In this document: piece after piece, positions 9,471-17,778 of the stretch
Layout: each line of letters opens with the position of its first letter
Position numbering within the stretch: the stretch's first letter is position 1
DNA from: a virus
Direction: 5' to 3' (one strand)
Length of the DNA stretch: 64,000 nucleotides
Virus record (IMG/VR): IMGVR_UViG_3300031417_000382
Coordinates: 2,150-66,149 of that record
Notes under the pieces: model-generated
The model's input: the letters and a program-made list of their open reading frames with translations, nothing else
What the model was told of the DNA's origin: nothing
Databases searched by the model: none
Translations under genes and position numbers: made by a program

Positions 9471-10571
9471 TCAGTCCTCGTCGTACTCGATGTGTGCACC
9501 TAGCCCAAGTGCAGAGGACAGCTCTTCAAGCTGCTGTTCACGACCAAGCTTAGAGAGGTTCACATAGAGATGCACACCGTCCGCAAGTTCAGCTGTCATA
9601 AGTTTCCCTGCAGAAGCAACACGTGGTCCGGCGGTAAGACACTTCACGCCGTTGGCCATAAGCCCCAAAAGCATCTGCTTGCCCTGAGGATCACGAGCCA
9701 ATGCTGACCAATACTCGATGTACGCCGCCTTAAGGTTCTTACCCTGGATCACGTTTCCAAACTTATCAATGATCTTGCCCTTAGCGCGAGCTCGAGTCTC
9801 ACGAACTTCAGCCTCCTGAGCGATCTCTTCGATGAGAGCCAGCGAGGGCTTCTTTTCAACATCATCACCCTTGATGGTCTGTATAAGCTTCTCTTTAAAC
9901 AGTACCGCGCGAGGTGCGGTCAACGAGTAACCTGGCTTGAGCTTACGCCAGAACAGCTTCAACAGCTCTTCCGACGGATCGCGTAACTCACTCGCCACCA
10001 GGTGCTTAAGCTCGTTCTCCTCTCGCTTCACTTCCGCCCAAGAGCGGAGTTTCACAAGATCGAAGTCATCGTACGAGAGATTGCTAAAAAGCTTTCCCAA
10101 CTGACGATTCGTGTCTAGATCAGAGAGCGTAAACTCAATGAACGGCTCAGCGTCCATGATGTTTGCCTTGTCCAGATCAGTAAACAGCTTCCATGTGTAG
10201 CCATCAGTCAAGATACCGATGGTAGCGTCCGTCATGGTGAAGTATCGGTGAAGCTGCGCAGCTTGACGAGTCTGAAGAGGTGAGTTGAGCGGCTTCGTTT
10301 CGATCAAGACTTCAGGCATTCCGTCACCCTCGTAGTCAAGCGCGTAGTCCACACGCTCGCCACCCTTCCCAGGAGTGTCAGCCGTAAACTCAGGGATTAC
10401 TCGAGTCTCATCGAAGATATCCCACCCAAGCACCTGCTGGAGGATCGGCAGCACGAGAGCATGCTTCGTTTGTTCTTCGTTGAGGTCGCTGTCTTTTTTA
10501 GCGATGAGCGATGCAAGGTTCAAGGTCGGGTCCCTTTCCGAGGCTTGAAGAAGATATCGAAAAACCTGCAA
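9471..10571 (-). CDS. Solo type I restriction HsdR N-terminal (PD-(D/E)xK) domain protein
   Basis: EEQTKHALVLPILQ.VLGWD...VIPEF...ERVDYAL...LIETK...QLHRYF...ILTDGYTWKLFTDLDKANIMD.EPF. Confidence 0.8.
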   Translation of the reverse strand: MQVFRYLLQASERDPTLNLASLIAKKDSDLNEEQTKHALVLPILQQVLGWDIFDETRVIPEFTADTPGKGGERVDYALDYEGDGMPEVLIETKPLNSPLQTRQAAQLHRYFTMTDATIGILTDGYTWKLFTDLDKANIMDAEPFIEFTLSDLDTNRQLGKLFSNLSYDDFDLVKLRSWAEVKREENELKHLVASELRDPSEELLKLFWRKLKPGYSLTAPRAVLFKEKLIQTIKGDDVEKKPSLALIEEIAQEAEVRETRARAKGKIIDKFGNVIQGKNLKAAYIEYWSALARDPQGKQMLLGLMANGVKCLTAGPRVASAGKLMTAELADGVHLYVNLSKLGREQQLEELSSALGLGAHIEYDED

Positions 10572-10627
10572 TTTTAGCGTACGTTGAGATTTTGATTGAT
10601 ATACGATGTTCTATCAAGGAGATCAAT

Positions 10628-10768
10628 ATGACATGGGTGTTCACTTTTGAAGGCACTGAGATTGCTCAAGGCCCTTTCCCATTTGAAGACTTTGCTTGGC
10701 AAAAGGCTAAAGAGTATGCTGAAGAGTATAATCTAAACCCTGATGATATCCGCGTTTTTCAGATGTAA
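10628..10768 (+). CDS. 46-aa acidic hypothetical protein
   Basis: ATG at 10628 with AAGGAG RBS: MTWVFTFEGTEIAQGPFPFEDFAWQKAKEYAEEYNLNPDDIRVFQM; followed by hairpin. Confidence 0.6.
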   Translation: MTWVFTFEGTEIAQGPFPFEDFAWQKAKEYAEEYNLNPDDIRVFQM

Positions 10769-10777
10769 ACAGCTAAT

Positions 10778-10823
10778 AGACTTCTAGACCATACTACTTG
10801 AACCTAGTATGGTCTAGAAGTCT
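10778..10823. terminator. Hairpin, 19-bp perfect stem
   Basis: AGACTTCTAGACCATACTA / TAGTATGGTCTAGAAGTCT. Confidence 0.75.
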
Positions 10824-10895
10824 GTAGCCGTCGGTCTTAGCGGGCTACGGCCTAAACTCGCGTCAACATGTGTGTACAAGCCTCAGCGACTTAGA
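10814..10895 (+). repeat. Intergenic repeat copy A (direct repeat with 12123-12204)
   Basis: CTAGAAGTCTGTAGCCGTC identical, CGTCAACrTGTG and CTTAGA at identical offsets (1309 nt apart). Confidence 0.8.
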
Positions 10896-11043
10896 CAGCT
10901 GTCTACAGTGCCGAAGCTACTCCCCGCTTCGACTCTACGGACCCGACAAGTCATCTTAACGGATCGGGTTAGTCAGCTTAACCGATATGATTCTTCACCT
11001 CCACTGTGGAGTATAAACACAGCCGACTAACAAAGGAAAAGCT

Positions 11044-12075
11044 ATGGCCAAGAAGAAAGCAAGCTCGCTCGAGATCTCTGACATCCGAGTGAAGTACGAC
11101 AAGAACGATGGAAGCCTCCGGATCACCTCCAAGGACCCCGACCTCAAAGGCAAACCGTTCACTCTCACCGTCACCGGGAACTCGCCCACCGCAGAGACGC
11201 TCTTCGAGCTCATGCGCGACCACGGACTCGTAGAAGAAGCTAAACTTCCGACAGACCTCACCATCAAAAGCGAGACTGTGCTTAAGGAGTTCTACGATCC
11301 CACCAAGCCTCTACAGTTCGTCCTCGGCGAGACCTACGGGAAAGAGCTCGCCACCATCGACCTTAGCGACATGCCACACATGTTCGTAAGCGGGGGCACC
11401 GGCTCCGGAAAATCAATCCTGCTCCACAGTCTCGCTCGGCAGATCGGACTTCGCAACGATTTCCAACTCACGATCTTCGACCCCACCGGCATCCAGTGGC
11501 CTCAGGATGACCTACGGGCGCAGGATCGAACTCTCCAAAGCAACGAGGCGCTAGCAGTAGAGCTTGAACAGCTCGAGGATGAACTTCAGTACCGCCAGTA
11601 CAGCATGAACGCCGAAGCGGTGAATCACGTGGCTCAAACGAAGAACCCGCCGAAGTACAGAGTGCTCATGCTCGACTACGCATCGCACTTCTTCCTCGGA
11701 GAAGGTGTCGATAAGAACGACGGAGTGGCGATGGCGAAGCACGAGCTTGCTAAGCAGCGACTCTTTAGGCTCCTGCGGCTCGGTCGCTCCGCCGGAATCT
11801 ACGTGATCCTCAGCACACAGAAATTTGACCTCGAAACTCTCCCGAACGAGATCCTCGACCTCATCCCTATCCGAATCGCCATGGGTTCTAACGGCTACAT
11901 GGCCTCCGCGGCTCTCCTCGGGAAGAAGCCTCTCTACGGCAAGGGCATACTCGACCGACCCGGCCGCGGAGTGTTAAGTCTCCACGGTAAGCAGACGCCG
12001 TTCCAGGCCTATCGCGTGGATACTAGTGGAAGCAACCGTGATCGAATGCTGAAAATGCTTCGAACAGTCAACTAG
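11044..12075 (+). CDS. FtsK/SpoIIIE-family P-loop ATPase
   Basis: PHMFVSGGTGSGKS Walker A, LLRLGRSAGIYVILSTQ, RPGRGVL; Walker B atypical (VLMLDY). Confidence 0.8.
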   Translation: MAKKKASSLEISDIRVKYDKNDGSLRITSKDPDLKGKPFTLTVTGNSPTAETLFELMRDHGLVEEAKLPTDLTIKSETVLKEFYDPTKPLQFVLGETYGKELATIDLSDMPHMFVSGGTGSGKSILLHSLARQIGLRNDFQLTIFDPTGIQWPQDDLRAQDRTLQSNEALAVELEQLEDELQYRQYSMNAEAVNHVAQTKNPPKYRVLMLDYASHFFLGEGVDKNDGVAMAKHELAKQRLFRLLRLGRSAGIYVILSTQKFDLETLPNEILDLIPIRIAMGSNGYMASAALLGKKPLYGKGILDRPGRGVLSLHGKQTPFQAYRVDTSGSNRDRMLKMLRTVN

Positions 12076-12082
12076 GACTTAC

Positions 12083-12130
12083 ACTTCTAGCCCGTGGTCA
12101 GCGGATCAGGCTTGGCCACGGGCTAGAAGT
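12083..12130. terminator. Hairpin, 15-bp perfect stem
   Basis: ACTTCTAGCCCGTGG / CCACGGGCTAGAAGT between convergent genes. Confidence 0.75.
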
Positions 12131-12204
12131 CTGTAGCCGTCAGTTTGAGACGGTAATAGGGCGAGCGTACGTCAACGTGTGAGAAGGTTCACACGAGGCT
12201 TAGA
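12123..12204 (+). repeat. Intergenic repeat copy B (direct repeat with 10814-10895)
   Basis: Same three conserved blocks, gap-free alignment. Confidence 0.8.
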
Positions 12205-12217
12205 AACGGCGAGAACG

Positions 12218-12865
12218 TTAGTCGCTCTTGCTCCATCCGTGCGCTTCCAATACTGATCTATACTCTCGAGCTATAGCAAGAGCTTGAGTTTCACGATAGC
12301 TCTCCATTGAGTCAATTAACTTTTTTACTGTGCTTTTCGAGAAATCGAGATGAAACTCGCGGTCACAGAAGAGAAGTACCTCTTCTAGCGAAGGACGCAT
12401 AAACCCGCCTCCGACCGGAAAGTGAGCTGCAGACATAGGTACAAGACTGTCTTTAAACAGATCCCAGTTTTGTTGAGCATGAGTAAACTCTCCACGCTGG
12501 GCGTGTATGTGAAGATGAGAGTTTGGTACTTTTGCCGTATGCATGGCTTTAACGTACTCGTAGCGAAAAATAGGCTCTGTACGCTTTGCCGCACCGAAAA
12601 ACACGTGAAACTCAGATTTTGCAACTGAGAGATACTTGTTTTCCCTGTCTAACTCTAGCCCGAAAAGGAATGACGCTAATATCTTACGACTCGAGCTGAT
12701 AACGAAAAGCTTGTCCGCGTTCCTTGATGTAGAAATCGTAACTCGTCCAGTATTAGTAGCAGAGAGCTCGATCTCAAATGGACTTTCGCCGAAGCAATCG
12801 CTAAAAAGCTTATTCAGGTCATCTCTGAACTGAACAGCTAACTCATCAAGCGAGCGCGAACTCAA
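12218..12865 (-). CDS. Hypothetical protein (FRYEY...HLHIHA...HFPVGG..RPSLEEVL motif)
   Basis: ORF track 12218..12961; TTG at 12865 overlapping the upstream small ORF is the likelier start. Confidence 0.6.
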   Translation of the reverse strand: MSSRSLDELAVQFRDDLNKLFSDCFGESPFEIELSATNTGRVTISTSRNADKLFVISSSRKILASFLFGLELDRENKYLSVAKSEFHVFFGAAKRTEPIFRYEYVKAMHTAKVPNSHLHIHAQRGEFTHAQQNWDLFKDSLVPMSAAHFPVGGGFMRPSLEEVLLFCDREFHLDFSKSTVKKLIDSMESYRETQALAIAREYRSVLEAHGWSKSD

Positions 12866-13010
12866 GACTATCCAACCTATATGCCTGGCTAATCTCTGTA
12901 TTACTAGCAAAGTCCCAGAAGTCGAATCTCTGTTCAAGCTCTTCGCGGGAGTCAACTTCAAGATCTACCCGAAGCTTATCGCGTTCTGCCAGAAGTTCCT
13001 GCCTAGTCAT
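12846..13010 (-). CDS. 54-aa acidic helical protein (not in ORF track)
   Basis: ATG 13010 with GAGGAG RBS: MTRQELLAERDKLRVDLEVDSREELEQRFDFWDFASNTEISQAYRLDSLEFALA. Confidence 0.6.
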   Translation of the reverse strand: MTRQELLAERDKLRVDLEVDSREELEQRFDFWDFASNTEISQAYRLDSLEFALA

Positions 13011-13092
13011 AGTAGATCTCCTCTTTTTCGAGTACCTTGCATCCTGGGGAGTGAATGCAATCTCCTTAATACTCGAAAAGCCTACATTGGCA

Positions 13093-13099
13093 AATATCG
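13093..13099 (-). promoter_or_regulatory. CGATATT motif
   Basis: Upstream of 13010 ATG, followed by a leader hairpin (13025-13079). Confidence 0.4.
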
Positions 13100-13137
13100 T
13101 ATCTAACGCTCCAGACTAGCGAAACTTTGACGAAGCT

Positions 13138-14334
13138 TTACACTTTTGAGAGCCGCGCTAGCTCCTCTTCAGTGGGTGGGCGAAGGATACTAAGCTCGAT
13201 CGAGCTGTTGCTCTTGAGCTGGATAGCCTGGTCTAACACACGCTTTACACTTTGCTCAGCTAAAAGCCACTGTGACTCCCAAACAAAGAACAATCGGTAT
13301 CCTTTTGTGCGAGCCAGCTCGAGCTTCTTCGTATGGTAAGCTACTGGGTCCCCACCGGTCTTTTCAGAGTGTTCGCCGTGCCAGAAGTCGCCGTTATACT
13401 CAATACCTAGCTTAAGCTCGGGGATCACTATGTCAATCTCGTATGGCTTGATGATTTTACGGTCACGAAGCTCGATATCCCAGGTCTGAGTAAGATATGC
13501 TGCTAGCTCTTTCTCTCCTTTACTAGCTTGACACTTGCCGCAACCAAACTTAGCTCTAACATCGTGTGTAGTGAAAGTATCGTGGCCTTCGTCACAGCGC
13601 CACCAATACTGTTGCCAGTTTCGACAGCCGATGGTGTCAAGTATCTCGAACGGTTGCTCGTTCTTAGGGCTCCATAAAGGACGGAGTTCGGGAAACTCAG
13701 TCATGGCGGAGATCACTCCTGGGATAGCCTTGTAGCCAGAGCATACGGGACAAGCATCAGTATCATTTGCCATCTTGACGATGATTCGGTCCCACTCGTG
13801 ACCTTTCTCACAAAGCCAAAGACCGCGGTCACCACTACCTGCAGTTACTTCGGTAGGAGTCTTAGAGTTGTTCGGGCTCCATAGCTTAGAAAGATCTGGA
13901 CGTGTAGTAGCCATGTCGTTAAACCCCATTACCACTACGCGGTTAGTGCATACAGGGCATAGAGGCTTACTAATTTTGCGCTGAACCGTCTTGATGGTCT
14001 CGTGCCCAAGATCGCAGCGCCAGAGATACTCAACGGATGAACGTAACCCTACTGAGCTAAAAGCGATTAGGTTGTCAGGAGACCAGTAAGGCGCAAGTTC
14101 CGGGTGCAAAGTAGCAGCGTCGTTAAGTCCTAAGACAAGCTCTCTCCCACTGCAGACTCTGCAAGGTTTTTCGGAGCGAAGTAGGTGACGTATAGACGCA
14201 GTGAAGCTATGGTCGCAATCAACTGCGTGGGCTTTTACTTCTTTACGCGAGTTAGGCGAAAGCTTAGCTGCTGAACCTTCTGAAAGCTTTACGCCGTAAA
14301 GCGTAAGCTTGTCTATCTGAAACTGATCGATCAA
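13138..14334 (-). CDS. Zinc-ribbon-repeat endonuclease (DUF4379-like repeats + Vsr/PD-(D/E)xK-like domain), putative free-standing homing endonuclease
   Basis: Repeated W.C..GH....CPVC units; C-term YEIDIVIPELKLGIEYNGDFWH...YHTKK...GYRLFFVWESQW; lies directly downstream of nrdE. Confidence 0.75.
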   Translation of the reverse strand: MIDQFQIDKLTLYGVKLSEGSAAKLSPNSRKEVKAHAVDCDHSFTASIRHLLRSEKPCRVCSGRELVLGLNDAATLHPELAPYWSPDNLIAFSSVGLRSSVEYLWRCDLGHETIKTVQRKISKPLCPVCTNRVVVMGFNDMATTRPDLSKLWSPNNSKTPTEVTAGSGDRGLWLCEKGHEWDRIIVKMANDTDACPVCSGYKAIPGVISAMTEFPELRPLWSPKNEQPFEILDTIGCRNWQQYWWRCDEGHDTFTTHDVRAKFGCGKCQASKGEKELAAYLTQTWDIELRDRKIIKPYEIDIVIPELKLGIEYNGDFWHGEHSEKTGGDPVAYHTKKLELARTKGYRLFFVWESQWLLAEQSVKRVLDQAIQLKSNSSIELSILRPPTEEELARLSKV

Positions 14335-14385
14335 TGTTCCATTCCTAACAGCTTAAAGCGGACAGGTGGATTGTTTGGCGCGACC

Positions 14386-14392
14386 AATATCA
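14386..14392 (-). promoter_or_regulatory. TGATATT motif
   Basis: Between nrdE terminator and endonuclease start (TTG 14334). Confidence 0.45.
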
Positions 14393-14396
14393 AAAA

Positions 14397-14453
14397 GAAG
14401 TGGCACCCTGGGGAACAGATCATCGCCAAACAATCCTACCAGGGTGCCACTTC
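14397..14453 (-). terminator. Intrinsic terminator of nrdE
   Basis: 15-bp stem GAAGTGGCACCCTGG / CCAGGGTGCCACTTC followed by TTTTT on minus strand. Confidence 0.8.
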
Positions 14454-14501
14454 AGTTTATCCCACTCGTTTCAGAGTGGAGCTAATTTGATGCCTTAAGC
14501 A

Positions 14502-16859
14502 TCATAGAGCACAGGCCACACATTCATCCCCGTCCTCGTCCAGCTCAACGGCGAAGTTACCCGAAGCCATCATCTGAGAAAGCAGGTCGAGCGCCGGAGC
14601 GTCTACCTTCTTTCCCTCAGCCTGAGCTGCAGCCTCGACAGAGCCGAACTGCTGGATGTCCTTGAGCTTGAGTGCTACCTTCTCTTCGCGCTTCGGGACC
14701 TTAATGGCGTTGCCTACTGCGTTCTCGAGTTGGGTAGAGGCAAGTGCATCCTGTCTAATGCGTGCATAATAAAGGGTTTTAATGCCCTTGCGCCACGCCT
14801 TGATGTAAGCCTTGTTCAGATCACGCGTGGTTGCGTCACCAGTGTAAAAAATAGTTAATGAAAGTCCTTGATCTACGTGAGTTGTAGCAGCGGCGTAGAC
14901 ATCGATGATGGCATCCGGGCCGTACTCGTAAGCGTCACGGTAGTACTCAAGGTTATCGTTGGTCATGTGCGGTGCCGGGTAGTAAACGCGACCGATCTTA
15001 GATTCCTTACGAATCTCGATACGGCCGGCAATCGGGTGAATCGAAGCCGTAGCGTTATTGATATATGAAATACTACCAGTTGGGGGGATCGCCTGACGGT
15101 ACGCGTGGTACATCCCGTGAGTCTGCACCTCTTCAGCAAGCTGCTTCCAATCCTCAGGAGTGGGGATGTGGATGGTGGAGCGCTTCATGAGCTCCTGGAT
15201 CTTGCTGGTTTTTACGAGGTGGAAGTCGCCGTTGATGTACTTGTCGAAGTACGATCCGTCAGCGTACTGCGACTTCTCGAACCCTGCGAACTTCTCGCCG
15301 GTCTCCTGAGCGATCTTTACGGAAGCCTTGATGGTTTCGTAGTTGACGGCGAGGAAGTAGAGGTTGGTGAAGTCAACCGCTTCCTTGGAGTCGTAGTGGA
15401 TGCGCTCGCGGCCGAAGAAGCCGTGGAGGTTCATGGCGCCGAGGCCGACGGCGTGGCTGCGGCGGTTACCTTCGGCGACGGACGGTACGGAGGAGATGTC
15501 CGAGAGGTCCGAGACGGAGGTGAGGGAGCGCATGGCCGCCTCGATGGTCTTCGAGAAGTTCGGGGAGTCGAAGACGTTAGCGATGTTCAGCGAGCCGAGG
15601 TTGCAGGAGATGTCTGAACCGATGGTGGCGTACGAGCCATCAGCGTTGAACTCTGAAGCGGTGGAAACCTGGAGGATCTCCGAGCAGAGGTTGGACATGG
15701 TGATGCGGCCGTCGATCGGGTTGGCCTTATTGACGGTGTCCTCGAAGACGATGTAGGGGTAGCCGGACTCGAACTGGATCTCGGCGAGCGTCTGGAGGAA
15801 GTCGCGAGCATTGATCTTGCTCTTCTTGATCTTCGGGTTTTCTACGAGTTCGTAGTACTTCTCGTTGATGGAGAGCTCGGTGAACGGTACGCCGTATTCA
15901 CGCTGGATCGAGTGCGGGGAGAAGAGGTACATGTCCTCGTTCTTGCGGGCAAGCTCGAAGGTTACGTCGGGGATGACGACGCCGAGGGAGAGGGTCTTGA
16001 TGCGGACCTTTTCGTCGGCGTTCTCGCGCTTGGTGTCGAGGAAGCGCATGATGTCTGGGTGGTGTGCGTGGAGGTACGCGGCACCGGCACCTTGACGTGC
16101 TCCGAGCTGGTTAGCGTAGGAGAAGGCGTCCTCGAGCATCTTCATGACCGGAACCACACCGGCGCCCTGGTTTTCGATCTGCTTGATCGGAGCGCCGAAC
16201 TCGCGGAGGTTGCTCATGTTGAGAGCCACGCCGCCGCCACGCTTCGAGAGCTGGAGGGAGGACTGGATGGCGCGAGAGATGGACTCCATGTTGTCCTCGA
16301 TGCGGAGGAGGAAGCAGGAGACGAGTTCGCCTCGCTGAGCCTTTCCGGCGTTCAAGAAGGTGGGAGTAGCCGGCTGGAAGCGACCGGACATAAGCTCATC
16401 GAGAATCTCTTCGGCAACCTTCTGCATGCCGCGAGCGAGGTAAAGGGCTGTCATGGCGACGCGGTCCTCGTAGCGTTCGAGGTAGCGCTTACCGTCGAAG
16501 GTCTTGAGAGTGTAGGCGGTGTAGTACTTGAGAGCGCCGAGGAAGGTGGGGAAGCGGAAGTTGAACGCGTAGGCGCGCTTGTAGATCGCCTTGACGAACT
16601 CTGGAGTGTACTGGTCGAGAACCTCTTTCTCGTAGTAGTGGTTATCTACGAGGTAGTTGAGCTTCTCTTCGAGGTCGGTGAACCAGACGGTGTTCATGTT
16701 GACGTGCTGGAGGAAGAACTGGCGTGCTGCCTCTACGTCGGACTCGAACTGGATTTTCCCGTCTGCACCTACTAGGTTAAGCTGCGCGTTGAGGGCGGAG
16801 TAGTCGAGCTCGCTGACCGCGGCTCCTGCGTCCTGTAGTGTGTCGATGGTTAGTGACAA
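14502..16859 (-). CDS. nrdE: Class Ib ribonucleoside-diphosphate reductase alpha subunit
   Basis: [58 protein letters not shown], terminal CVAC. Confidence 0.95.
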   Translation of the reverse strand: MSLTIDTLQDAGAAVSELDYSALNAQLNLVGADGKIQFESDVEAARQFFLQHVNMNTVWFTDLEEKLNYLVDNHYYEKEVLDQYTPEFVKAIYKRAYAFNFRFPTFLGALKYYTAYTLKTFDGKRYLERYEDRVAMTALYLARGMQKVAEEILDELMSGRFQPATPTFLNAGKAQRGELVSCFLLRIEDNMESISRAIQSSLQLSKRGGGVALNMSNLREFGAPIKQIENQGAGVVPVMKMLEDAFSYANQLGARQGAGAAYLHAHHPDIMRFLDTKRENADEKVRIKTLSLGVVIPDVTFELARKNEDMYLFSPHSIQREYGVPFTELSINEKYYELVENPKIKKSKINARDFLQTLAEIQFESGYPYIVFEDTVNKANPIDGRITMSNLCSEILQVSTASEFNADGSYATIGSDISCNLGSLNIANVFDSPNFSKTIEAAMRSLTSVSDLSDISSVPSVAEGNRRSHAVGLGAMNLHGFFGRERIHYDSKEAVDFTNLYFLAVNYETIKASVKIAQETGEKFAGFEKSQYADGSYFDKYINGDFHLVKTSKIQELMKRSTIHIPTPEDWKQLAEEVQTHGMYHAYRQAIPPTGSISYINNATASIHPIAGRIEIRKESKIGRVYYPAPHMTNDNLEYYRDAYEYGPDAIIDVYAAATTHVDQGLSLTIFYTGDATTRDLNKAYIKAWRKGIKTLYYARIRQDALASTQLENAVGNAIKVPKREEKVALKLKDIQQFGSVEAAAQAEGKKVDAPALDLLSQMMASGNFAVELDEDGDECVACAL

Positions 16860-17106
16860 TGTGATGCTCCTCGCGCCTCTTTGTTCTGTCAGTTTTGTGG
16901 GTTAGTGTGGGGTGTAGAACCCCAAGTTTGACGGCGGTGTAGAGAGTCGTCGCTTCGCCGTCAGAGCGAGATACGCTGGAAGAAAACCGTGGTTCTATCA
17001 GGGTTTTGCTTCTATCTTTCGCGGTCCCCGGAAAGCCGGGGTAGGTATCTATCTAACGACTTCTGAAGATTTGGTTCAAGTTATATCGCTTTGATACCGG
17101 CCGCTT

Positions 17107-17778
17107 TTAACGCTGCTCAGGCCTCTCTAACTCGGCCTCTGTGGCGGCTAGTTTTGCCCGGAGTTTCGCGGCTTTCGCCTCGGTCTTCGCGTTAGCAGCC
17201 GCCTTAGCACGTGTTTCGACGCGTGGCTTGACTGCGGATGCTCGACGGCGTAGGTGCGTGTTGAGCGCTGCGTCTCGAGCGTCGGGGATACCGAGTTCTT
17301 CGCGGTTGATCTCCGCTACGGTCTTTCGCATAAAGACGAAGAGGCCGATGATGACGGCTACGATCACCGAGCTGGTGAGAGTGTAGCCGGGGCGTGTGGT
17401 CACCGCGTAGATCACGACGAGTAGGATAGCGGCGATGATGGCTGAGATTCGCTGTCGCCAGGTGGGCGAGAAGCGAGCTCGTACGTTTGTCCACTCGGGG
17501 TCGCGAGCCTTAAAGAATGTCCACCAGATTGCTCCGGCGTACCCGAGGACGAAGAGGGCGACGGAGGTCGGCACGAGTAAGAGCGTGCGCGCCACCATGC
17601 CCCATGAGCCCCACGGGAGGAACAGGTCCGCGGCTACAGTGATGAGTCCGAGGATCGCTGATGCTGCACCGGCGATTAGGAAGAGCTTCTTTCGGTCGGT
17701 GAGGAACCAGTCTCGGATGAGCAAGAGCGCCTCGCGGAAGTTCTTCACTTCGCGGATTGAGTTGAGTACCTGCTTCAT
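17107..17778 (-). CDS. Four-TM membrane protein with basic C-terminal coil
   Basis: Four hydrophobic segments; start abuts RecG-like stop. Confidence 0.65.
   Translation of the reverse strand: MKQVLNSIREVKNFREALLLIRDWFLTDRKKLFLIAGAASAILGLITVAADLFLPWGSWGMVARTLLLVPTSVALFVLGYAGAIWWTFFKARDPEWTNVRARFSPTWRQRISAIIAAILLVVIYAVTTRPGYTLTSSVIVAVIIGLFVFMRKTVAEINREELGIPDARDAALNTHLRRRASAVKPRVETRAKAAANAKTEAKAAKLRAKLAATEAELERPEQR

Noticed and set aside
9471-10571. Complete type I restriction-modification system
   Set aside because: Only the HsdR N-terminal nuclease domain is present; no helicase motifs, HsdM or HsdS.
15105-16775. Long plus-strand ORFs opposite nrdE (also 30048-31466, 35661-36626, 38864-39589, 26988-27488 etc.)
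   Set aside because: Antisense shadows of GC3-rich or repetitive genes; no RBS or recognisable motifs, and they fully overlap well-supported minus-strand genes.
16860-17106. Riboswitch or NrdR box in the nrdE leader
   Set aside because: Two short hairpins (about 16908-16924 and 16929-16963) but no match I can recognise to NrdR boxes or cobalamin/other riboswitch consensus.
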